Below are positions 12,091 to 23,938 of a DNA stretch of 64,000 nt, piece after piece. Position numbers and translations under genes: made by a program. Each line of letters opens with the position of its first letter. Position 1 is the first letter of the stretch. Origin of the DNA: Amoebophrya sp. A120 (Eukaryota; Protista; Dinoflagellata); assembly GCA_905178155.1 (NCBI GenBank), contig CAJINV010000004.1, forward strand, positions 6,364,828 to 6,428,827. The letters are read 5' to 3'. The notes under the pieces were generated by a model. The model searched no databases and was not told where the DNA came from. It saw only the letters and a list, made by a program, of their open reading frames with translations.

Positions 12091-15000
12091 TCACGGCGAC
12101 TTCGGATTCGAGGCCCAGTCGAAGACCGCGAAGAAGAAGCTGACGCGGCCCTTCCGCAAAAACTCCTCCGTCTTCCAGGGTCCTTGGTGGATGGCCGCGC
12201 GGCACAGCGATCCCGGCCGCTCGTGTTTATGGAAGCGTCAGGATCGAAATTGACAAAATCGAAAAATTTGTGATGCATGAAATGAATGACGCGAAATACG
12301 TGTGTTGCAGAGCAGGCAAGTGAGGCCGATTGTGAGCCTGTTTGGGGTTCTAGCTAGAGCTGCTAAAGCAGCATGAGAGAATCAGTCCTCTTTGCCTAAA
12401 CAGCATTACAAACTGGATTTAGCAGGCACCACCAGAATTTGTGATGCGCCACTTAGAAACTGGGTTCGAACTGGAATCCATTTTATGCATGACAAATTAT
12501 TTCGATTTTGTCAATTTCGATTCTGACACTTCCATAGTGCTCCCCGCCAAAGTACATCGCGAAGTCGCGCCCCGTATCAAATGCAAAAATGTCTGGGTCT
12601 GGAAGATTGGAAGACTTGTCATGCACATTTTGCACGACCCATGACGCCTGTAATGCATGATCCAGCATCACAGATTTTGTGACGGCTTTTTGATGCCTAT
12701 ACCGCATGAGGAATACCCCCTCCGCGTAGCAGAAACTGGACTCCTCTCGCTGCTTACGCAGTACAGATTTTCTTCGAATCCAAAGACAGCATGACAAGTT
12801 GCATCCTTCCAGACCCAGACATTTTTGCATTTGATACCCCGGCCGCGGGGCGATCACGCGCTTCGCCTCGGTTTGCTGCAGTTTCGGGTACTTCGAAAAC
12901 CGTTTCTCCGTGAGTTCCCTCGGCCTGCCGATGGTGTGCTCCTTGACCGCGAACTTTCGAATCGGCGCCCACCGGTCGTATCGCGGGTCTAGCGTAGCGG
13001 GTTCTACTACTACGTCCTCGCGTGTCTCGTTTTTCATCGGCACAGTAGTGGAATCATTTGTTGCAGTTCCCTGAAGATGTTCCTCCTCGACAAAAGCAGC
13101 AGCGGCAGGAACAGCAGCTCCACCTGTAGTACCCGGAGCTGGGACGCCGCTGATGAACTCCATCCCCTCGAGCAGGCGGCCGTCTCCCGCAGATGGACGG
13201 GGGGAGGCGGAGGGCGGAAGGTTTATTTGCTCTTCTCCCTCCTTTTCCCCGTCCGCACAAACTTCATTGTCCGGGTGCTGGTGCTCGGGCGGCACGACGT
13301 GATCCGCGAACTTTTCTTCTGCGAGAACTGCTCCGCCCTGGCACTCCCGCACCTCGTCGCGGATGTCCACGAGTTCAGTCGTGCAGGAAAGAAAAGAGAT
13401 CACGCCGTGCAGGTAGTAGAAGTGCTCGTCGATGTGCCACGGCGGCCCGTCCGAGCACTTCTCGTCGTCCGGGGACCGGACGATGCACTGCGCCATCCAC
13501 ACCAGCCGGTTCTCGTCCCGTTCCGGGCGGAGCATCTCCTTCGCGCACTCCGGCACCAGCAGCCACTGCTCCGCCAGGTACTTCGCCAAGTCGCACAGCC
13601 CCTTCGACAGCGTTTGGGCGAGGTCCAGGGAGATGCTCGGCTCCTCCTCCTGCTCGGAGGTTTCTTCATCATCATGCATCTTCTCTGGAGCTGCTTCTTG
13701 TACAACTTTTGGTCCATCTTCTTGAAGAACCGTCGCTGTTGGCCTACTTGTACCAGAACCTCCTTCATCTTCATCAGCCTGAACAATTTCTTCCTGGCTC
13801 TGCTCCGCTTCCTCCACGACATCTAAAAGGCGACTTTTAGCAACAAGTCCTGCTGGAGTAGACGCGGGGGCTCCACCAGAACCATTCTTGCTGTCAGTGT
13901 CATCATGATCCTCCTTCTTCTCGTCGTCCTCCTCGCCCAGTGGTTCTTGTGTGAAGAACCCGTTACTATTTCCACCCGGTGCTGCGCTAAAGGAAAAGGT
14001 CTTCATCTTGCGCAGCTGCTTATCGGTGGAGAACTTCCGGGGTGGAGGTCGGGAAGAAGCTGAAGCTGGTGCTGGAAGTTGTACAACTTCTTCTACTCCT
14101 GGAGCTTCCTTTTTCTCGTCCGCCCATGTTGAACGTGCTTCTGCTCCTTCGTGCAAAGTCGTCGCAATTGCGGTACGCAGTGGAGGAACGACCTTCGTGC
14201 CTTCGCTGTTCTTCTGCGTTTCAACATAATTATTCCCTGCTCCTTGTTCCAAAGAGCCGCCAACTACGGCCGGTGATGTTGAGGAGGCGCTAGTACTACT
14301 ACAGGGGTTATTTCTACCGCCAGAAGCAGCGCTGCACGTCTTTTGTTGACAAGAACTACTGCCAACAAAAGCAGCCTCCTGCTTGTTCTTCACACCCCGC
14401 GTCAAACTGCAGCGCAGACTTTCCGCGATCTCCTTTTCCGCGTTCTCCCACTCCTTATCGCTTAATTTCTCGTGATATGGATTGCAAAAATGTCTGGGTC
14501 TGGAAGGAAGTAACTTGTGATGCTGCATTTGGATTCCAAAAAAATCTGTATTGCATGAGCAGCAAGAGAAGTCCAGTTTGGTTTACGCGGAGAGGGGATT
14601 TCTCATGCGGAATAGGCATCAGGAAGGCCTCTAAAAATATGTGATGCTAGATCATGCATTGCAGGCCTCATGGGTCATGGAAAACCTGCATGACAAATCT
14701 CGCAGTCTTCCAGACCCAGACATATTTGCAATTCATACGTGAAGCTTTCGGCAATCAAACACCGAGGACAGCGGGAAGCTGTCGCCCGTCTTCCCGCCGC
14801 TGGCCGCGATCCGGTTGGCGCGCTTTTTCACACGCAGTAAGTCGTCGTTGTTGAACGCGTCCAGCATTTTTCGCACCGTGTCCGGCAACTGCCATTTCCC
14901 CGTACTTTGCTCCAGCTCAAAAAAGTCCTGCGCCACAACGGTCGCCGGGTAGGAGTAAGGGGACAGCGGCTTCGAATTTGCGTTTGACTGTTGTTGTATC

Positions 15001-18000
15001 CGGTTGTTCGGGGTGGCTGCACCGTTGTTACTGTAAAGAGTCGCGCTGCTTTTGTTCCTCCCCCGGGTGGTTGATGATGTAGCACAACCATGATGCTGCT
15101 GCTGTAGTTGGAGCATCTTGTGTAGCTGACTGTACTGCTGGGATGAGAACAAAGCCGCGTTATTTGGTGTAGCCGACGAGGAGTTTGGTCGGGTACAACT
15201 ACTACTAGCGTTGGTTGGCGTGGCCACCTGCTGCTCCGTGAGCCCGGAAAACCCGGGCTGCAGCGGCTGCAGTCGCGCCATGTAGTGCTGGTCAGCACCG
15301 TTGGACGTTGTCAAGAGGTTATGTGTCACCGATGGATAGTACCCGCTGCACGGCCGGGAGGGATACATCTGCACCTGGCTGTTAATCATCTCGGGAAACG
15401 CACTCACCCGCCCGGGCCGGGCCGGCGTCAAGTCGTCCGGCGAGGTGAACTGCGAAATGCGAGGGAGCGTACTAGAATTCATCGGTTGATGCGCGGCCAG
15501 CGCAGCAGTGGTCCCCGCAGCCGGGTATTGAAGACCATATTGATTATGACTGTGCCCGCTGTTGCTGTTGTTCAGGTTGTTCCCGATCTTGTTCTCTCTA
15601 TTTGTTCCCGTATAATAATTTGCGTTGCTGATTATATTTGTTCCGGCCGTAGGTGTCTCTGAGCTGAAGCTTTCCGCCCCCGCACTCTGCGGGCCGAGCG
15701 AATTCAGCGCGGATGGCGCCGGGGAGTAAGCCGGGATGGGCAGAAGCCCGGGGGTCGTCATCGAAAGAACGGTTTGGTGCGAATTGCTAGTTAACAGCTG
15801 GTTGCCGCCAGGAGCTGCATTCGAAGGATAAGAATTGCTGTTGTAGAAGAGATGCGAAGAGAACTTCCGTTCTAAAGACGTCGGGTTTAGTATTGCTGTG
15901 CCACTAGTACTGCTATTGACCTGCAGGTTCGAGGAGGACAGGTTCGAGGTGCAGCTCTGTTGATTCATGATTTGAACCCGGGGGGCAGCTGCTACAACTC
16001 CCGGTTGTTGTACTACTGCCCCAAATTCTCTACTTCTGGTCCGCCGGATAGCGTCACGGAAGAACGTCGTGCCGGAACTGCTGTAGTTCTCTACTTCGTC
16101 GCGCAGCTGGTGGCTCGAGCTGGTTCTCCTGCCCATTGTCGATGTTGTCGCTGCAGTATTTGTTCCACCTCCAAGGTGCAGAGACCGCAACACACTCTCG
16201 TCAAATTTCAAACTCGGAATGGTCCGCGTACGCGCCAGAGGAGGTTCTTGAACGTGGACGACATGCTGCACCTGGCAGTAGGAACTGTCGGATTCGCACG
16301 ACTGCCGCCGGTGGTCCTCCTCTTCGTCGTCGTGATAGTTGTATTGACTATTACTAGCATAATTCTCAACATCAACATCTTCATTCGGCTTACTATTTGT
16401 GCTGCTTTTCTGATGTTCTTGACCGGGTGGGGGAACTGCGCCTACTCCAACGCTCGAGCAACTGGACGACGGGGGCTGGTGATCGAAAAAGGCAGGAGCT
16501 GCTTTGGAAAAACTAGCCATCCTGGAACTGGTAGTACGGGTTTTAGTATTGCGATTGTCGTCTTCTACCAGCAAAACCGACGACCTCCCGCGATCCAGCT
16601 CGTGCGCCAACACCGGCACAACCGGCGCTGGTGGCATTTCTTGAAGATGATGCTGCTGCACTTGTTCCCTCGAATCGACATTGATGCTCATGCTATCGTA
16701 GTGCGCCGGCGGTGTTTCTGCGGAGTCGTAATTCACGGCCGTGGAGTTGCAGTTGTTGGAATTGTTCGTGGCTGCACCACCGTAGACAGGCGCATTTTTA
16801 CCATAGACCACATCAGCTCGACTGCTCACGTTGATCTGGGTTCTTGTCACATCACATCCACTGCTGGTGTACACCGGCTCTGCAGAGGACTGTTGCTGCT
16901 CTAGCGAAGTTATTGTTGTACTGCCCCCGAGAACCGCTCCGGTTTGCAGCGCGGCCTTATTTGTGGTCCGAAAGTTGTTTGTTGCAGGAACGACGCCTGC
17001 CTGCCCGGTGGTTGTTATGGTCGCGCCGATATGATTCGATTGATTGTTATTCGCGACCCCGGAGGAGGTTGAGGACAGGAAGCCCAAGCCCCCATCTCCG
17101 ACTGGTCGATTCGCATAGGAAAAATTCGACGGTTGGTTGTTGAAAAAGAAACCCTGGGACGACGAGGACAGACCCTCGTCGCGGTGGCCGGCCCAGGCTG
17201 CAGCAACATCTTCTACCGCTTCCTTTTTTTCGACATAATCCACCTCGGCTACCTCTCCATCCTCCCCCACCGGCACTACCTGCTCCACCCAGTTGCCGCA
17301 GGCGTCAAACGTGAACTGCCGCACGTGCCGGCCGCCCGGCGTCAACCCCACATCTTCCGAGACTTCTGTGCGACTGGTCCTGGCACTTCTAGGGGATTCA
17401 TTTGGCGCGCCCGCTTGTCCCGTTTGTTCCCCCCCGGGGAGCAGATCACCTCCTTCACTCGGGAAGAACGGCACCACCGTGCTGCTCGCCCCCGTGGTCT
17501 GCCGATACTGCTGCATGGGCGTGGTTGTCGTGTTCGTCAGGAAGCGGACCGAGGGCAGACTGCCCGTGTGCATACTGGCCGTGTGCGTCACGTTGCCGGG
17601 AATCTGCATCGCGGTCCCGCCCGCCGTAAGGAAGCTCCGAACCGACCGGGAATCTTCCGCATCGTGATGTCCTTCCGCGATTACATTCTCCGGAATGTGG
17701 AGAAAGCAATTTGGCTGCGCCTGATGATGATCTAGTGCAAGAACAGCTCCTGGATGGTTTTCGTGATTTTTGACGTTGTTGTAGTTCACAGCGATGCTAT
17801 TTGCCCCTTCCATTGTACCACGACGAGTAACAGCACCTTGAGTAGTTGTACAACTAGAGTTCGTCACGCAGCTAGCCTCCACGTCGATGAGGCATAAATT
17901 TGTTTCCCCCTCGCGGTCCAGCAGGCCGCGCAGCGCCCGGGCTCCGGTGGCCCGCTCAAACCGCAGCATCTTCGCTGCGCACGAGCTAAAGGTCATCAGA

Positions 18001-19040
18001 TCGGAGGGTAAAGGGTGCATCACCGGGGCCTCGTGTTCTTGAGGCTGTGATCTACTTGCGGGAGAAGAGGACGAGGACGAAGGAGGCTGGAGCAATTCGC
18101 CGCCGTGGTTCATCTGCTGTGGCGAAACAAAGTCGCTGTTACCCAACTCCAACTTTTCTTCGGCGGAGACCAAAAATTCCTTGCCGGTTTGTCGGTCTTG
18201 CACTTGCTTTTGCTCGTCCAGCGGATTAGGATTTTTGCCATTGTAGTTCTCTTCGGAATCGTTCAGCTGTGAATAATTCGGCTCGTCTCCATTTTGTTCC
18301 CCCTCGTCGAAAAAGCTGTTGCGAGGGCGGTCACGCCCAACATCCGCATGGTCGTCTTCACCAGCATTGTTATCGCTTTCTATTTTCTCTTCTGGCGACT
18401 TTCTTTCCGATAGTAGTAAAATTTGCTGAATATTATCCCCTTCCGGGTCGTTCGTGGCTGAGAGGTTCGGGCTGGTCGATTCTTGTATCAAATGTAAAAA
18501 TGTCTGGGTCTGGAAGAATGCGCGATTTGTCATGCAGCTTTTCCATGACCCATGAGGTCTGGAATGCAGGACCTAGCATGACAGATTCTGCGCGATCTCT
18601 CTCATGCCTATCCTGCATGAGAAACTCCCTCGCGACTTGGTCAAAACTGGACGACTTTTGGTAATCATGCAAAACAGATTTTTGCATGCTTCAGATTTAG
18701 CATGACAAGTTGCATTTTTCCAGACCCAGACATTTTTACATTTGATATCTTGGCTGGGTGTCGTGGGCAAAACGGTTTCTTGGTTATCGGAAATCGAGTT
18801 CTCGCTGCCTTTCCGCTGCGTTTTTGCATCTTCGGGAGTGCTTGTTGACGACGTCCTGGGTAGTAGTTCTTGTAGCTGGGCGGGACGAGTGTCTTGATTT
18901 TTGCAAAGAATAATGTTGTCATTCATTTTGCAGGACAGATTTTCACTGTGTTCTCCGCCGGTCTGTTCTTGGGGGTCCCCGCTATTTTTCCCCGGGTTTG
19001 GGATCGCGGCCGAGTTTGGAGACGCAGTAGACTTTGGCAT
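12091..19040 (-). CDS. ~1956-aa protein: long low-complexity region plus C-terminal putative 2OG-Fe(II) oxygenase/cupin-like domain
   Basis: Removing 4 introners joins exons 19040-18745, 18486-14735, 14476-12834, 12575-12534 and 12228-12091 (5871 nt) with no stop. The C-terminus has PWHIDE...AIHQGP...GRVSFFF (HxD...H...R pattern). Confidence 0.7.
12231..12533. mobile_element. Introner family B
   Basis: IR ggaagcgtcaggatcgaaattgacaaaatcgaaa / tttcgattttgtcaatttcgattctgacacttcc, flanked tAT...ATa. Excision gives GEHYKHERP. Confidence 0.9.
12578..12833. mobile_element. Introner family A (256 bp)
   Basis: Perfect IR caaatgcaaaaatgtctgggtctggaag / cttccagacccagacatttttgcatttg, flanked tAT...ATa. 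Excision gives RPGYTGRDF. Confidence 0.92.
14479..14734. mobile_element. Introner family A (256 bp), opposite orientation to 12578
   Basis: IR ggattgcaaaaatgtctgggtctggaag / cttccagacccagacatatttgcaattc. Excision gives KLHVYHEKL. Confidence 0.92.
18489..18744. mobile_element. Introner family A (256 bp)
   Basis: IR caaatgtaaaaatgtctgggtctggaa / ttccagacccagacatttttacatttg. Excision gives SQDIQEST. Confidence 0.92.
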
Positions 19041-19685
19041 TTTTTCGGTTTGGGGAATCTACTCGCAAGCGAGTAGTAATAGCTTTTCTGTTCCTTTTAC
19101 ACTACTTTATCATACTCTACGCTGCAATTTGGGAGTCAGTGGGTATCTCTTTTTAGAGTATGTTGGAAACATAGAGCAAGGTTATAGAGGTAATATTTGT
19201 GCTCTTGCTAACGCGAAAATGGTAAACATAAAACTTCAACAAAACAACCAGATTCACACTGTGATTTGAAAAAAAAAATGAACGTGCTCACAATTCGTCC
19301 TCGTATTGGAACTTCCACTAGATTTTGCGAAGATCTTCAAGAAACTCGAGACAGTTCGAGTACTTTTTTCTTTCAGACCGTCTCTCCTGTTGAGGACATT
19401 GCGATCGTATTTTCGTGCGGCTTCATTTAGTTTTTCAAACACGTATTTGGATTTGCTTGTGCGTTCAAACGCTGATCCATGATTCCAAATTGACGTTGAT
19501 CTCAGTCATTTTCACATCATACGGAGCGCGCTCGGTGCGGAACAAACCGGAGCTATGACTAACAAACTTGGTGTCCTCCAGCTCTCGTGAATTTGTGCTG
19601 CTATAATTTTTGTCACTATATCCTTATTTCCTTTGGCTTCGATTCGATTTGCTCAACTCATTTCGATTTCGTATCATCATACATT

Positions 19686-19835
19686 TGTATCGTTACGTCA
19701 GAAGTAGTATATTGCCTGGAGCCCGCACGTCAAACTAGCCCCCAACTACAGCCGATATGCTCGTGAAGGATCGCGGGCGAAAATGTTGATCTTTTGCCGG
19801 ATCTTACGAGAGTCGAGAGCGCAGAGCTTTGCCAT
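19686..19835 (-). repeat. Split direct repeat B2 (3' terminus of the element)
   Basis: 19686-19820 is identical to 20246-20380 (135 bp); homology extends to tttgccat after a 7-nt insertion. Confidence 0.95.
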
Positions 19836-20009
19836 AGAGAGAAGGGGGCTAGGTGACGCCTGGGAGTGTGAGTGAAGTTGGAGTGAACTCTAACAAATGA
19901 TCACGAAGTTGAAATGAACAGGGCAAACCACGCACTTGTATCCCGCCCGAGGAGGCGGCGGATGAGTACGTGGGCCTGTGGCCTGGAATGAGAAGGGTGA
20001 GGAGGGTGG

Positions 20010-20245
20010 GAAAGGAAAAACAGATCGTTCTCCGTCCGCTAGGTCTGAGAATGAGGTGAATGGAGTGAGAGTGAAGTGATGGAATGAAGCGGATCACGTT
20101 TCGTTTAGCGTGGATGCGTGTCCATACCCCACGGAATGCAAACGAGCTGCCACGAGCGGCTTTACAGCCAATAACCTACTTCCGACTTCGCTCACACAAA
20201 TTGGATTCCAGACGTACTACTTCGTACTACTAAGGATCCATAATC
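20010..20245 (-). repeat. Split direct repeat A2
   Basis: 236 bp matching 33113-33348 with one mismatch seen (gtttAgcg vs gtttCgcg). Confidence 0.95.
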
Positions 20246-20388
20246 TGTATCGTTACGTCAGAAGTAGTATATTGCCTGGAGCCCGCACGTCAAACTAGCC
20301 CCCAACTACAGCCGATATGCTCGTGAAGGATCGCGGGCGAAAATGTTGATCTTTTGCCGGATCTTACGAGAGTCGAGAGCTTTGCCAT
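20246..20388 (-). repeat. Split direct repeat B1, directly abutting A2
   Basis: Copy of 19686-19835. The junction ...cataatc|tgtatcg... equals the two element termini joined together. Confidence 0.95.
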
Positions 20389-20494
20389 TTTACCACAATA
20401 GAACAGGCGGGGCGAGACGCGAGCGAGGCCGGCTATGAGAGCGCGAGCGTCTCGCAACGGGAACCAGGAATTTGTATGAAGTGTAAACTCATGC

Positions 20495-23400
20495 TCATCG
20501 GGTGACAGGTGGAAGATACAGGCTTACTTTGACACTCATTTTTTTGCATTTCGTTTTGAAATCATACACAGCACGACCGTAATCGAACTTGCACCCGCCC
20601 GCGGAGCCAGTGCCGATGTTCATCGGTATGGCGATTGTGCGGCACTTTGGTGTGAGTGACTTTTTGTTCTCTTCCTTGATGTAATTGTAGATGTTGTTCA
20701 TGTTGTGACGAAACAGGGATAGACGCGCTTCTTTCCCATCATCGGTTGCGTGGCCGTCCCAAATTGTCTTGAACGAATTTGGTTCAGCAGCCGGTGGGTT
20801 TCCCTTGCGAAACATTGTGTAAATGTTGCAAACACGTCCTGAAATCTCAAATGAACCGCATGGCTTGTCTTTGGCTGGTAAATGATATTTCGAAGCGGAA
20901 GGGAAGATAGCATACAAATCCTTTGCGATGCCCTTTGCTTGGGTGATCGGGGATGTGCATGCAATGTGCAAAAACAAATCTTCGTTGCCATGACCAAACT
21001 GACCTCTTGTGGCGCCGTGTAGAAGGTCTAGCTGAAACTTGAACTTCGCGCCCTCTTTCAGCTTCGTCACCTGCGGGCGCAGGTCCAACTTCGGGAATCT
21101 TTCCTGGGACCACATGCTGATCGGGACGGAAGAGTAGATGATGTAATCGTCGTCGGCGGTCAAGTCTTGCCCGTTGGGGAGTGCGAAGCACTGCGACCCG
21201 AACTGAAACTTGGACACCTGGTGCAGGGGTTGCAACAACTGAGCGAATTTGCCGCCGAGGCTCTGTACCACTACCGCGATTCTTGGTCTCGCGGTTTCCG
21301 GCGTCCCTCGTAGCAGCTTGTGGAGGTACTTGAGCGCTGGGAACAGCACCGTGGTGGGCGGGAGCCACCAACTGCGCTTTTCCACGAACTCGTCGTAGTT
21401 GACGAAGATTTGATCCGAGTGGTGAAACTTCTTTCCCAGTCTGGCGAAGTTGTCGGAGCTACTACTACAGAAAGCCTCTACTGATAATCCGGGCAGCCTG
21501 TTGGAGATGATGCCCCATGATCTTTTGTTGAAACGCTTTTCGGGGTTGTTGTCGTACAGGCTGCAAAGCTTGTCACGAAACCCCTCCTTGAGATCGTTGA
21601 AGTTTACTGCTTTTTTCTTGCAGAACCGCTGATCGCGCTGCTTTTTTTCGTCGGAACGCACATCGGGGCTGTCGCGTGAGTGTACGTCAGCGACTGTGTT
21701 TTCATCACCGTAGCACTTTGCCGCCACGAGTTCTATGCGCAGTTTGTCGATCATGTCGGCAATGTTGAGTGACGCAGCATGTAAATCCGGTGAGGCGCAG
21801 CTGCCTTTGTTGCACAGCCGCTTCGCGCACGGGTTGTCGGTGTAGTACAACACGAGTTTATCAGTGAAGTCGACATCACCGCACCCGCTGGCTTCGTGGA
21901 TGATGAAGAACGGCGCCAGTGATTCCAGGCCGTTGATGTCGCAGTCGCGAAACTGCTCGGGCCACGTGCCCTTGTACGCGATGCCGTTGACCGTCCCGCC
22001 CCAGCCCGCCGTGGTGGCGGCATCACCGTAGACGACCACGAGGATGTCAGGGTCGATCGACCTGATGAATACATCCCCGAACTCGAGTACTTCGGCGCGC
22101 CAAAGAAACGAAGCGTGGCCATTGTAGTAAACTTTCGCGTACGGTTTTCGGGCGAGAACGTCGCGCCACCACCGCACTTCCTCGAATGAAGCCCAGCTGA
22201 CTTCGATCCAGGGGTTGTGCTTCGGGTTGTTCTGCCACACCTTGTACACCCCACTGCTGTTAAGGTCGTACTGAATGGCGTGCAGTGGGCCGCGATTCAC
22301 TACGAAAGTGATGCTCTGCAGCTTGCCAGCGCATTTTGCGAGGTCTTTTGCCTTGCAGCGGTAGTTGGATTCGGGGGACTTGAGGTAGTCCATGAATTCG
22401 CACAAGTAATCGTGGTACTTCACCCGTCGTTCCTCTTCGACGTACAGCCGCATGGTGTCGGTGTGGAGTTCGAACCCCAGCCACGGCATGTGTCGGGTTG
22501 GTTTGATGAGTTTCCCCGCGACGACATGTAGATCGAAGCCAAGATTAGACAGGAAGTAGAACTGCCGGCTCAAATCGTCCTCAGCGGCTTGGAAGGACAA
22601 CGGGTCGGATGTGACTATGTTTCTTATGTCATCGACATAATCGAAACGCTTCGCCAGAATTCCCGACTGTACTCCCAGTTCCAAGGCGTGTTTGACCATA
22701 CTGCGGGGTGGAGTTTGTGAGGTGATTACAAAGATGACTTGCATGAATTTTGAAAGATGATGCGAGGTATGAATCGAGTTTGTCATGCTAACGAAAATCA
22801 AAACTGTACCGATCATTGATGCCCGGGGCAGGGCCTACGCCAAACGGAACATATAAGTGTGTTCCGATTTCGCCCGTCGTGTCGTCGCCTGTGTAGCAGC
22901 CCAACAGTCGTCGGCACGATGCGGCAATCATGTAGTGGCTGAAACAATCTTTCAGGTCGATTCCCGTGAGGTAGCAGTTGGGAGTGACGTGCTCGAGCAG
23001 CTGCCACCAGCCGCTGTAGTCCACTGGCTCGCTGTAAATGGACTGACTCACGCGCGAGACTTTGTTCGACCAGTCGGTGACTAACCGTGCTTTCGTGCCG
23101 CCCTTCTGCATGAGTACGGTGGACGGTGCCCGCGTGAGATCCGCTGGGTAGATGACTTGTTGTTTTTTGAAGTCCCAGACTAGATTCTTCTGGTCCTGCC
23201 GTAGCTCGTTGTAGTCGTACAACACCAGCTTATTCGCAGTTTTGAACCGATAGATTTCGTTCAAAAACTGTTCGCGGTTATCTTCCGCACCGGAGTAATT
23301 GTTTTGCTGCGTCGGTTGAAATTCCGTGTCGGTGAAAGTGAAAGACACGCCCGAGAACCACTCCCGGACCACATCTGGGCTTACACCCCAGCGGATAGCG

Positions 23401-23642
23401 TTGTAGATGTTGAATGTTAAACCATCAAGCGCATGCTGGTCTTCTTGTTCGCGCCACGGGTCGGTTGGGCCGGGCTGGGACTTGAGGAACCCTGGGAGGT
23501 CCTCCGGACATGTCGGGAGGCCTGCTGCAAGGTAATCTTCAAAGGTGTACCTTGGTGCGGGTGTCAAGCCTAACCTCTTCTCATGCGCTGTGTGCTCGAG
23601 GTGCGCCGGAAGCGCCCGCGTCAGGCATGAGCGGAATGGCAT
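20495..23642 (-). CDS. Pol: reverse transcriptase, RNase H, degenerate adenine-methyltransferase-like domain and Macro domain; 2 exons
   Basis: RT: ARLVTDWS, IDLKDCFSH, VPFGVGPAP, YVDD, WLG. RNase H: YGDAA..GWG, INGLE, YTDN, NTVADVHSR. MT-like: VEAFCS..SWWLPP..IAVVV. Macro: AKGIAKDLYAIFP..IAIPMNIGTGSAGG. GT-AG intron 22701-22809 joins INDR|MVKH. Confidence 0.92.
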
Positions 23643-23938
23643 TCTGAGATCTTTTTGCTGTGAGTTTCACAAATGAAGATGAGGGATTGGCGCGGTGGGT
23701 TTTGATGGGAGTACTCGTTGTTTTTTCCCGACCTACACTCGAAACGCTCGCTGAATTGAGGTCGCTCAGATGCGGCTGTTGAAAAGACGTCACTCAGAGA
23801 AAGCGCTCGGCCGTTGACGTGGCAACAACAGAGAGAACAGGTTAAACGACGACGACGCCGGTAACTACTGTCCTCCGAGCAGTGGCATGACCACGGTGAA
23901 TCGTTTTCATTTGAAAAAAGGATACGAAGAAATAATGT

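Noticed and set aside
12575-12836. TA target-site duplication (Tc1/mariner-type MITE) model for the introners
   Set aside because: Removing the element plus one TA breaks the reading frame in the cases I tested; an AT duplication restores it.
19686-20388. Repeated 135-bp block read as a CRISPR array or an LTR pair
   Set aside because: There are only two long copies, interleaved with repeat A in split-direct-repeat order; no spacers, cas genes, TG...CA ends or integrase.
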